NCBI GenBank assembly: GCA_018335295.1
Contig: JAGXKI010000008.1
Location: forward strand, 635-64,634
Origin: a bacterium
GTDB taxonomy: Bacteria; Acidobacteriota; Aminicenantia; Aminicenantales; Aminicenantaceae
Direction: 5' to 3'
DNA: 64,000 nt
The notes beneath the pieces are model-generated. The model saw only the letters and a list, made by a program, of their open reading frames with translations. It was not told the DNA's origin and did not search any database. Position numbers and translations under genes: made by a program. Below, piece after piece: positions 30,042 through 38,982 of this stretch. Every line of letters starts with the position of its first letter. Position 1 is the first letter of the stretch.

Positions 30042-30282
30042 ATACAGAAGGGATTATTTTCCAGCCCCTTACTCCCCGCTGTAAAAATTCTTTATAATAG
30101 GACAAATAAAAAAGAAAAAATAAGTCTTTTTCATAAAGGGAAATGGGTCTACGGTTCCCAGGGGAATAAACTTTTGCAAGAATCTGGCATAAAATTTGCC
30201 TTAGATACAGGATGAGTGTTGTGTTCCATAGAAATGAAAAGCCATTTTTTTTTAAAATGTTCATTTCTGCTAAAATAAATAG

Positions 30283-32871
30283 GTGAATGCTATGGTGTTG
30301 AGAAGAGTTTTCGCTTTATTTATAGCCCTTTTTTTTATGGGGAATTTCCTTCCTGCTCAAACGGCAGACCTGGGTCAGTTTATTTCTCAATTTAAGGAAA
30401 GCCTTGAAGAAAAAGATTTTTCCAGATATGTGAAAGCTTTTTCTCCAGAATTGAGGGAGGAAGAAAGAAAATTCCTGGACAAAATGTTCGATTCTTTGGA
30501 TATGGAGCGTGCTTCGGTCCACCGGGTTTATAAGAAGAAAAGAGAGGGGGATGAAGCTCGGGTTTACATGAATGTATTATTCCAGAATTCATATTCAGTG
30601 GTCATTGAGAATTGGCATTTGATTCTTCGTCAAAGAGAAGGGAAATGGTGGGTCAAGGAGAAAAGAGCCCCTGGGAAAATGAGGCACTTGTACCGACTGA
30701 AAATTCCCTCCCCAAGAGTGGAAAGAGTGGATCGGGTGGAGATAACCCATGTGGATATTCAGATTACCTTTAGGGATGCTCTGGTATTCTATGACAACCT
30801 TCCTCATCATGAAACGGCCCTTTTGATCATGGGGAAAGGGCAGATTTATTTTTCTCCCTCTTCTCCTATTGAAAAGCATCAGCTGGAAATGATTTATGAT
30901 AAGAAATTTCTTAAAGATAAGCTTGAATATGCTTATTTCCGGTTTTCTGATTCTTTTTTCAAAAACAACATTCAGATGAGCCAGGACAGTGAAAAAGATA
31001 TCCCCGTGGATCAGAAAGATAAAAATAAGGCTCATTCTCTTTTTTCCAAACATTATCCCAGATCTTTTACCGTGAGAAGTTCCATTAACAACGAGTTGCT
31101 TTCTTTTATACCTCAAGGAAAGGAAGCGGTTTTCGAATTTGAGGGAAAAGATATTGGGAATTATACTTACATTTATTCTCCGTTTTCGCGAGAAGAAGTG
31201 AATCTTTATCAATGGAAAGAAGAGAGGATTGTGAACCTCTATTCTCCGGGGGAGGGGGAGGATAAAAAAAAGCTTTTTCTCTCCTTTGACCAGATGTTTG
31301 ATGTCATGGATTATCAAATTGATATTGATTTTGATCCCCGAAAGTCTTATCTATCGGGAAAGGCTGAAATATTGATCTCTTCTAAAGTGGAATCCCTCGA
31401 TGGAGTGAAATTGAAGATCAACCCTCAAATGGAAATCCTTCAAATTCTCAATGAAGACAGACAAGAACTTCTTTACACCAAGGATGAACTCCGGAAAACA
31501 CTTTATGTTTATTTTCTTCGTCCCCCAGGTAAAGACCAAAAGACCTCCATTGAAATCTATTACCGGGGTGAGGTGGAGTCTAAAAAACCTTCTTCCGGGG
31601 TGCAAATGCACCGAGAAGGGAATTCTTTGAATATTTTAACTCCTCGATATGAAAGTTATCTCTACACTCGATCTTCTTATTGGTATCCGGCTCCGTTCAA
31701 GGATGATTATTTTACAGCCCGGTTGAAAATCATTGTTCCTCCCAAATACAGCATACTTTCCACCGGGAAACTCCTAGAAAAGAAAGCAGAGGAAGTGATA
31801 GAAAAGGAAAAAAACACGGCTTACGTTTTTGAATCAAAAACTCCTGTGAAATACCTTTCCTTTCTGGTAGGAAAATTAAGGCAGATAAAACAAGGCACCC
31901 AGCCGCTTCCTATTCAATACTTTCGGTCCATTGAAGTTCCTTCTTTAAGATTGAATACATTTAGGGAGACCCAAAAAATAATCCAGTTTTATGAAAGCCG
32001 ATTTGGAAATTACCCATTCCATAAACTGGACATTGTTCACAGACATTGGCCCACGAGTGGAGGTCAAAGCTCGGCTTCGTTGGTGGTTTTGAATATTCTG
32101 CCTGTGACACCCGCACGACATGCTCTTGTCAAGTCCACCAATCCCGTGGACCTGTCCAAATGGGAAGAATATTATCTGGCTCACGAAATTGCTCATCAAT
32201 GGTGGGGACAAGGGGTCACTTGGGAATCCTATCATGACCAATGGGTCAGTGAAGGGTTGGCTCAATATTCGGCAGCCCTTTACTTGAAAGAAAGGTATGG
32301 ACAAGGAGCCTTTCACCGGATTCTTAAAAAATTCAATAAATGGACTGAAAAAAAAGCCCACTGGGGACCGATCATTTTGGGATCGAGGATCAGCCATTTT
32401 GATTTTAAGGCCTTTCAAGCGATTGTGTATAATAAAACCTCTTTGGTCTTGAATATGCTCAAGGATGTAATTGGGGAAGAGACGTTTTTTAAAGGATTGA
32501 AAAAGTTTTTCCAGGATTATCGATTTAAGAGGGCCAGCAGTTATGATTTTTTTAGAACCATCAATTCACTCACAGACAAAGATATGGGGTTATTTTTTGA
32601 GAAATGGTATGAAACTTACCAACTGCCGGAATCCCGCATTTCTCACCATGTTCAGAGGATACAGAATGGATATCTGCTTAAGCTGAAGGTGGAGCAGATT
32701 GAGGACAAATTTGTTTTTCCTCTTTGGGTGGAATGGAAGGAGGAAGGGAAGAGAGTCACCCGAAAATTCATTGTCCGTGAGAAAAATCAAGAATTCTTGA
32801 TCCGCTTAGATCATAAACCAAAACACATCACCATCAATCCCCATCACAAGGTTCCCGGAAAATTCCATTAG
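30283..32871 (+). CDS. Secreted M1-family (aminopeptidase N-like) zinc metallopeptidase
   Basis: Signal peptide; HEIAHQWWG...WVSEGLAQY (HExxH-x18-E gluzincin). Confidence 0.8.
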   Translation: MNAMVLRRVFALFIALFFMGNFLPAQTADLGQFISQFKESLEEKDFSRYVKAFSPELREEERKFLDKMFDSLDMERASVHRVYKKKREGDEARVYMNVLFQNSYSVVIENWHLILRQREGKWWVKEKRAPGKMRHLYRLKIPSPRVERVDRVEITHVDIQITFRDALVFYDNLPHHETALLIMGKGQIYFSPSSPIEKHQLEMIYDKKFLKDKLEYAYFRFSDSFFKNNIQMSQDSEKDIPVDQKDKNKAHSLFSKHYPRSFTVRSSINNELLSFIPQGKEAVFEFEGKDIGNYTYIYSPFSREEVNLYQWKEERIVNLYSPGEGEDKKKLFLSFDQMFDVMDYQIDIDFDPRKSYLSGKAEILISSKVESLDGVKLKINPQMEILQILNEDRQELLYTKDELRKTLYVYFLRPPGKDQKTSIEIYYRGEVESKKPSSGVQMHREGNSLNILTPRYESYLYTRSSYWYPAPFKDDYFTARLKIIVPPKYSILSTGKLLEKKAEEVIEKEKNTAYVFESKTPVKYLSFLVGKLRQIKQGTQPLPIQYFRSIEVPSLRLNTFRETQKIIQFYESRFGNYPFHKLDIVHRHWPTSGGQSSASLVVLNILPVTPARHALVKSTNPVDLSKWEEYYLAHEIAHQWWGQGVTWESYHDQWVSEGLAQYSAALYLKERYGQGAFHRILKKFNKWTEKKAHWGPIILGSRISHFDFKAFQAIVYNKTSLVLNMLKDVIGEETFFKGLKKFFQDYRFKRASSYDFFRTINSLTDKDMGLFFEKWYETYQLPESRISHHVQRIQNGYLLKLKVEQIEDKFVFPLWVEWKEEGKRVTRKFIVREKNQEFLIRLDHKPKHITINPHHKVPGKFH

Positions 32872-33016
32872 TTCGAAAACAGCTACTAATGAATTATATT
32901 CTTTTTATGGATGGATCCTGTCACGGTATGAGAGGAATGGGGTCGTGTCTTGCATTATGACATTTTCCCCTGAAATGAATTTGTTGAGGGAGGCGGAGCC
33001 GCCATGGGGAATTAGC
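32871..33016. repeat. Composite intergenic repeat copy B (modules shared with 21324-21383, 55867-55908 and 61470-61510)
   Basis: Three separable modules each matching another locus; contains GGCGGAGCCGCC hairpin. Confidence 0.7.
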
Positions 33017-33028
33017 TTTTTCCTTTAG

Positions 33029-34420
33029 TCAGGAGGAGAGGATATCTCGGGTGTCGATATCGAGTCTTTTGATCATTTCGTTCAGAGTAGTGGGCTTGAC
33101 TCCTAGAAATCGGGAAGCCTTTTTTTGAACTCCGTTGGCCTTTTTTAAGGCATCAATGATCGCTTTCTTTTGGTAGTGCTTCATTTGTTCTTTGAGGGTC
33201 ATGTGAGCCGAGGCGGAGGTGGTATTTTCCTTTTCTTGGGGCGGGGCTAAGAAAGAGGGAGGAAGATTTTTTCGAGTAATGATTTTGGTCTTGGTTAAAA
33301 CCACGGCTCTTTCGATAAGATTTTCTAATTCTCTGATGTTTCCAGGCCAATCATAGTTTTCCAAAATTTCCATCACATCTTGGGATACTTCTTGGATTTC
33401 CTTGTTGTTTTCTTTGCTGTAGATGTTCAGAAAATGCTTAACTAAAAGAGGAATATCTTCTTTTCTATCCCTTAAAGGAGGAAGTTCAATTTTAATGACA
33501 TTCAACCGGTAGAACAGATCTTCCCGGAATTTATTCTGGTTGATGAGCTCTTCTAAATCAGCATTTGTGGCTGCGATAACCCGAACATCTACTTTTATGG
33601 TACTGGTTCCTCCGAGCCTCATAAATTCTCGGTCTTGCATGACTCTTAGAAGTTTGGCTTGAGTTTCCATGTTGAGAGTGGATATTTCGTCAAAGAAAAT
33701 AGTCCCCTTATCTGCGGCCTCAAACAATCCCTCTTTTTGCTGTACCGCCCCAGTGAAGGCTCCTTTGACGTGACCGAAAAGATGGCTTTCCAGTAAATCA
33801 GGGGGGAGGGAACCGCTGTTGACAACAATAAATGGATAATCCGAGCGGTTGCTGTTTTGGTGAACTGCTCTGGCGACCAGTTCCTTTCCAGTTCCACTTT
33901 CTCCTTGGATAAGAATGGTGCTTCGAGAGGAGGAGGTGGCTTTTATGGTTTCGAAAACATTGTTCATTAATTTGCTTTTGCCGATTATACTGTTAAAACT
34001 AAATTTCTTCTGGAGCTGACTTTTTAACCGGAGATTTTCTTCTTGAAGTTTCTTATGTTCAAGGGCTCTTTTAACCGTCATCAGCAGGTCTTCGTGTTTA
34101 AAAGGTTTCTGGATGTAATCATAAGCTCCTGTTTTCATAGCGGAAATAGCGGATTCCACCGAAGCATAGGCGGTAATGATGATGATCACGGCCGTAGGAT
34201 CCCTTTTTTTGATCTTTTTAAGGACTTGAAGGCCGTCCATTCCAGGCATGAGCAGGTCCAAAAGGATGAGGTCAAACGGTTGGGAGGAATGTTTTTTTAA
34301 AGCTTCCTCTCCCGTCGAGGATATTTCAAGTTCATATCCTTCAGAGGAGAGAAGATCTCCTAAAATTTCATGGATGATGGGTTCATCATCCACGATGTGA
34401 ATGATTCCTTTTTTACTCAT
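33029..34420 (-). CDS. NtrC-family sigma-54-dependent response regulator (REC + AAA+ + HTH); PilR-like by context
   Basis: DLILLDLLMPGMDG receiver, GESGTGKE, GAFTGA, C-terminal HTH. Confidence 0.85.
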   Translation of the reverse strand: MSKKGIIHIVDDEPIIHEILGDLLSSEGYELEISSTGEEALKKHSSQPFDLILLDLLMPGMDGLQVLKKIKKRDPTAVIIIITAYASVESAISAMKTGAYDYIQKPFKHEDLLMTVKRALEHKKLQEENLRLKSQLQKKFSFNSIIGKSKLMNNVFETIKATSSSRSTILIQGESGTGKELVARAVHQNSNRSDYPFIVVNSGSLPPDLLESHLFGHVKGAFTGAVQQKEGLFEAADKGTIFFDEISTLNMETQAKLLRVMQDREFMRLGGTSTIKVDVRVIAATNADLEELINQNKFREDLFYRLNVIKIELPPLRDRKEDIPLLVKHFLNIYSKENNKEIQEVSQDVMEILENYDWPGNIRELENLIERAVVLTKTKIITRKNLPPSFLAPPQEKENTTSASAHMTLKEQMKHYQKKAIIDALKKANGVQKKASRFLGVKPTTLNEMIKRLDIDTRDILSS

Positions 34421-34430
34421 TTTTTTTCTC

Positions 34431-37265
34431 TCATGAAGATTGGGTCATTTTCCTTTTATCCAAGTCCATGGGAATATAAATAGTAAAAAGGGAGCCTTTT
34501 CCTTCTTCGCTTTCCACACTCAAATGACCTTCATGTTCTTTGATGATGGCATAACTAATAGAAAGTCCTAGGCCTGTTCCTTTTCCTATGCCCTTGGTGG
34601 TAAAGAAAGGATCAAAGATATTGGGCAGATGTTGTTCTTTGATTCCTGTCCCCGTATCTTTGATCGTGACGATGGCTTGATTATCCGTGTTGGATAATTG
34701 GATTTTAAGGGTTCCTCCGTTAGGCATGGCGTCGATGGCATTAAGGATGATATTGATGAAGACTTGCTGGAGTCTTTCCCCTTGAGCCCATATGGAAGGA
34801 ATAGAAGGAAGTTCCAGTTCTAAGTTGATCTTCATGTTCTTCAGTTTATAATCAATCAGGGATAAGATCTCTTCAATATTTTCTTTGAGCTTCACTTGGT
34901 AAAAAGAGGATTCGGAAGGATTCCGGGCGAAATTAAGGAGATTTTTAACAATTTTTCCTACTCTCTCTGTTTGGTTTTCGATCTTGTCCAAGATTTGTGA
35001 ATGAGAATCATTGGTGAGTTTTTTCTGTAAAAGCTGTACGTAACTGGAGATACCCGTAAGAGGGGTGTTGATTTCATGAGCCACTCCCGCTGAAAGGAGT
35101 CCCACAGAGGCCAGCTTTTCTGAAGTGAGAAGCTGCTGTTGGAGAGAGAACTTTTCCGTGATATCTTCAAAGACGATGACTGTGCCATAAGGGTTCATCT
35201 GGTTATCCAACAACGGAGTTTTGGCAATATCAAAGATTTTTTTCTCTCCAGAAGGCATTTCCAGAGTCACTTCACTGAGCAAACGAAATCCTTTCTGGGT
35301 GTCTGGAGGAAAAAGGGCCGCATAATTCTCTTCTCCCAACACTTGAAGCAGTTTTTTATCCATAACCTCTTCTTTTTTATGAGAAAAAGTTTCTTCCATG
35401 ACCCGATTCCAGCCCATGATTTTTCCCGATTGGTCCAGTACAGCCACTCCCACAGTCAGACTTTCAATGATGTTTTCACTGTAGTCTTTCAACATTTCCA
35501 GTTCTCGAGCTCGACTCTGAGCCTGGTTATACAGATAAGCGTTTTCTAAGGCCAGTCCCACCGAGGAAGCGATGGTTTTGAGCAACTCCCAATCTTCACT
35601 GTTCAGGTAAGTGTTATCTGTCTTTTTCCCCATAGCCAAGCAGCCTACCATCTTATCTTCAACCTTTAATGCCAATAAATGATGAAATCCTCTGGAGGAG
35701 AGGTTTTTCAATTTATCTTTCAAGGTCCTTTTTTCAGAAAGGGAATCCGCGGAAATGAAATTCTCTTTTTTTAAATGGTGGTAAATTTGGGGATCAAAAG
35801 TGATTTGTTTCTCTGGAGAGGAAGAATTTCCCATGGATTTCAAGATGTAAAAGGAATCCTTGTTGTTTTCATCTGGGAGAAGAAGAGCGATGTATTGGAG
35901 CGATAGAGCATTGGAAATGAGATTGAGAAGGGATTGAGAAAGTTTTTGAAGGTTTCTCTCTTTATTGAGCTGTTCGCTGATGGAAAGAAGGGTCTTCCGG
36001 TAATGATAGCTTTTTTTGTATATGACCCTATCCAGAAGAGATTGGAAAAGATTTTTTAAAGGTGAAAAAAGAGTGGCTCCCAAAATAATGGCGAGAATGC
36101 CCAGGATGAGAGCATTGAGTCTATTTTCAGAGAAGATTTTTGTTTGTGAGCTGACGATAAAATAGACTATAGCGATCACCACATAGGAAGAGATGAGAGT
36201 GACGGCTTTTTTGAGTATAATTTCGAGATCAAAAAATTTATACCTGGAAATGGAATAAGCGAAAGTTAAAGGGATGAGAGCTTGGAGGATGACTGTAAAT
36301 TCAGCCCCCTTGGAGGGGACATTTCCTAAAAGAAAAGGAAGGATATAGATAAGAGTGAATGGGAGGATGGCAAAACAGAGGCCGTAGACGATGCCTTTCA
36401 GCTGCTTTTTAATGATAGGATTAGGAGATTTAAAGATTCCCATGACGAGAAGTCCCACTGTGAACAGGGAATAGAGGCCAAAATGAACCAGATCCAGTGT
36501 TTCAGAAGTTTTGTGGAGGTTTAATACCGTAAATTCATTAAGAGAGACAGTATGGAGGACCCCTTTGAAGGAAAGAAGAAGGAAGGCAGGGATGTATAAA
36601 AGGATAGAAGAGCGGAGTATGCTTTTTAAGATTTTTTTTCTCTTGGGAAAAGTGTTGAAAAAATGGAGCATCAAAGGTGGAAAAAACAGAAAAGCTATTT
36701 TATCCAGCCAGAAAAACAAAGAGTCCCAAACATCCAGTTGGCCGGTTGGAGAAAATGTATAAAAAGCAAAGAAAGTCACACAAAGAAGAAAAAAGAACCC
36801 ATAAGGAAGGAAAAAAGGTTTATCCGAGCTGAAGAAAACGATGAGCCCGATGGCCAGGGTGGTGATTCCCACTAAAGAAAGGAAAAAGTAAATAAGGTTA
36901 GTTCCCTTTTTCCGGAGATAAAATGAGGGGTGAGCCAGATTTCCTTCAAGGTTTCCTTCCCGAGCGATCTCGTAGGTGACCTTTTGGTTCAGTCCATCCG
37001 CTTCCCATAATTTTTTGGAGAGGTCAATTTTGTTCTTTATGGGAGTGTCGTTGATTGAATAAAGAATATCCCCTTTTTTGATTCCATGTAAATAAGCTGG
37101 ACTCCCTTCTTCTACTTTTACAGCCGTGAGGCCTTCCGGAGTTTTTTCCCAAATGACTCCGTCGGTGGGTTCTTTCCAGGTGGCTTTTCTGTATATATTC
37201 AATGCCCCCAGAGCGAACAACAGAAGTAAAGGCGGTATTACCAGGAGATAGATTTTTTTATTCAT
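34431..37265 (-). CDS. Sensor histidine kinase: TM + periplasmic PDZ + 7 TM helices + GAF + PAS + HisKA + HATPase_c (ORF extends to 37334; MNKK at 37265 with AAGGAA RBS is the likelier start)
   Basis: PDZ-like GSPAYLHGIKKGDIL; AHEINTPL H-box; GTGLGLS G-box. Confidence 0.8.
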   Translation of the reverse strand: MNKKIYLLVIPPLLLLFALGALNIYRKATWKEPTDGVIWEKTPEGLTAVKVEEGSPAYLHGIKKGDILYSINDTPIKNKIDLSKKLWEADGLNQKVTYEIAREGNLEGNLAHPSFYLRKKGTNLIYFFLSLVGITTLAIGLIVFFSSDKPFFLPYGFFFLLCVTFFAFYTFSPTGQLDVWDSLFFWLDKIAFLFFPPLMLHFFNTFPKRKKILKSILRSSILLYIPAFLLLSFKGVLHTVSLNEFTVLNLHKTSETLDLVHFGLYSLFTVGLLVMGIFKSPNPIIKKQLKGIVYGLCFAILPFTLIYILPFLLGNVPSKGAEFTVILQALIPLTFAYSISRYKFFDLEIILKKAVTLISSYVVIAIVYFIVSSQTKIFSENRLNALILGILAIILGATLFSPLKNLFQSLLDRVIYKKSYHYRKTLLSISEQLNKERNLQKLSQSLLNLISNALSLQYIALLLPDENNKDSFYILKSMGNSSSPEKQITFDPQIYHHLKKENFISADSLSEKRTLKDKLKNLSSRGFHHLLALKVEDKMVGCLAMGKKTDNTYLNSEDWELLKTIASSVGLALENAYLYNQAQSRARELEMLKDYSENIIESLTVGVAVLDQSGKIMGWNRVMEETFSHKKEEVMDKKLLQVLGEENYAALFPPDTQKGFRLLSEVTLEMPSGEKKIFDIAKTPLLDNQMNPYGTVIVFEDITEKFSLQQQLLTSEKLASVGLLSAGVAHEINTPLTGISSYVQLLQKKLTNDSHSQILDKIENQTERVGKIVKNLLNFARNPSESSFYQVKLKENIEEILSLIDYKLKNMKINLELELPSIPSIWAQGERLQQVFINIILNAIDAMPNGGTLKIQLSNTDNQAIVTIKDTGTGIKEQHLPNIFDPFFTTKGIGKGTGLGLSISYAIIKEHEGHLSVESEEGKGSLFTIYIPMDLDKRKMTQSS

Positions 37266-37350
37266 GTTCCTTGGTCGTGAACCGGAAAGTCCCAATTTTG
37301 ACTCAAAATCCAAAAAATTGAATCGCTCTGACAAAAAATATATGGGTCGT

Positions 37351-37629
37351 TCAATATAAAATGTGTTTTTCTTCGGACCTGATGGCCCATTTTATGTTGG
37401 ACTGGTTGAGAAATTTTTTCAGATCCTTGTTTTCCTTGAGACCTAACGGTTTGGTGTTCCGAGATAAAAAAGTACTCATATAATCATATTTCCCCTTTTT
37501 TACAGTCTGTGGAGCTCCTTCTTTGAGTTTACTCCATAAGGACCCAGACGAGTAACCCTTATGGATAGAGGACAAAATGAAGGCGGAAAGAAGAAACAGA
37601 AGAACCATCCCCACTTTTTTGTATCTCAT
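37351..37629 (-). CDS. Small secreted hypothetical protein (92 aa, signal peptide, C-terminus ...KHILY)
   Basis: ORF with N-terminal hydrophobic signal; 17 nt upstream of the kinase gene. Confidence 0.4.
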   Translation of the reverse strand: MRYKKVGMVLLFLLSAFILSSIHKGYSSGSLWSKLKEGAPQTVKKGKYDYMSTFLSRNTKPLGLKENKDLKKFLNQSNIKWAIRSEEKHILY

Positions 37630-37711
37630 TTATCTTTAAAATAATATTTTATATGGATTTTGTCAACAAGGCCAGAGTCCGTGTTTCCCCTTAAAACCCT
37701 AGGGGATGAAT

Positions 37712-37740
37712 TTGACAAATTTCAGGGTATGACCTAATAT
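37712..37740 (+). promoter_or_regulatory. Candidate sigma-70 promoter for pilC-pilB...: -35 TTGACA (37712-37717), 17-nt spacer, -10 TAATAT (37735-37740)
   Basis: Read directly. Confidence 0.4.
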
Positions 37741-37776
37741 GAGGAGGTCTTTTGTACTATTTTATCCAATTTGAAG

Positions 37777-38982
37777 ATGCCATACTATCGCTGTCGGTTA
37801 GCTGGGGAAAATGGACTGATTACATCCCAGTCTTTTTTTGCTCCCTCTTCTCAAGATTGTCAAAAATATTTTGAAGAGGAAGGGTATTGTGTTCTTTCTG
37901 TAAAAAAGGATTGGAAGAAAATAAAGCTAGGAACTTTTCCTTTTGAAAAGAAAATCAAAGATAAAGATTTTATTGCCTTCAATCAAGAATTCATAGCCCT
38001 TATAAAGGCCGGATATCCAATCCTGAAAAGCATCGGGATTATCATCAATCGAGTCGAGAATGTTCATCTCAAAGAGATTTTGATGAATGTAGAGAAAGAG
38101 ATTCGAGCGGGAAAGTCCCTTTCCGAAGCTTTTTCTCCGTATGAAAAGATGTTCTCCAAAGTTTATACCGCTTCTCTTATCGCCGGAGAACGGAGCGGAA
38201 ATCTTCCCAGCACTCTGAGCAGGTTCATCGGGTATTCCCGAAGAATTTCCCAGACTAAATCCAGGATTAAATCGGCCCTCACTTATCCCACCCTTCTTCT
38301 TATTTTTTCTTTATTTCTCATGGGGATACTGATTAACTTTGTTATTCCCCGCTTTTCTGGATTTTACGCTGATTTTGAAGCCCAGCTCCCCCTTATCACT
38401 CGGATACTTATGTCCTTTTCCTTGACAGTGAGAAATCACCTTGGGTATATACTGGGGGGTTTCCTTGTACTAATTTTGCTTTATTTTCAGTTAAAAAAGA
38501 GGAGTCATATGCGGGTTTATCTAGATCAGATGAAATTGAAAATTCCCTATGGAAAGGGCCTTTGGTTGGAGTCTTCGGTTTCCATTTTTTCAAGGACATT
38601 GGCCATCCTGTTGGGAGGAGGCATCTCTTTGCTCCAAGCAGTGGGAGTGGCTTCACAAGCGGTGCCCAATCAATATTTATCCAGGAGGATGGAAAATCTT
38701 CCCCCGGATATAAAAAACGGGGATAGTTTGTCGGCTTCCCTTCGAAAGATCGGTCTTTTTCCCCCTTTGGGATTGGATATGATTCGTATAGGGGAAACAT
38801 CAGCCAACCTTGAGGGGATGCTTGAAGAGGTAGCTGATATCTATGATGAACGGATACGGACCAAAGTGGAAACTTTTGTTTCTCTTATCGAACCTGTTAT
38901 CATAATACTGATGGGAATAGTGGTAGCGTTCATGCTGCTATCCGTGTATTTACCCATATTTAACCTGATAAGAGTGACCTGA
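37777..38982 (+). CDS. pilC: Type IV pilus platform protein PilC / GspF family (ORF track starts at TTG 37771; ATG 37777 preferred)
   Basis: Two T2SSF domains, 3 TM helices, AGYPILKSI / ERSGNL motifs. Confidence 0.85.
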   Translation: MPYYRCRLAGENGLITSQSFFAPSSQDCQKYFEEEGYCVLSVKKDWKKIKLGTFPFEKKIKDKDFIAFNQEFIALIKAGYPILKSIGIIINRVENVHLKEILMNVEKEIRAGKSLSEAFSPYEKMFSKVYTASLIAGERSGNLPSTLSRFIGYSRRISQTKSRIKSALTYPTLLLIFSLFLMGILINFVIPRFSGFYADFEAQLPLITRILMSFSLTVRNHLGYILGGFLVLILLYFQLKKRSHMRVYLDQMKLKIPYGKGLWLESSVSIFSRTLAILLGGGISLLQAVGVASQAVPNQYLSRRMENLPPDIKNGDSLSASLRKIGLFPPLGLDMIRIGETSANLEGMLEEVADIYDERIRTKVETFVSLIEPVIIILMGIVVAFMLLSVYLPIFNLIRVT

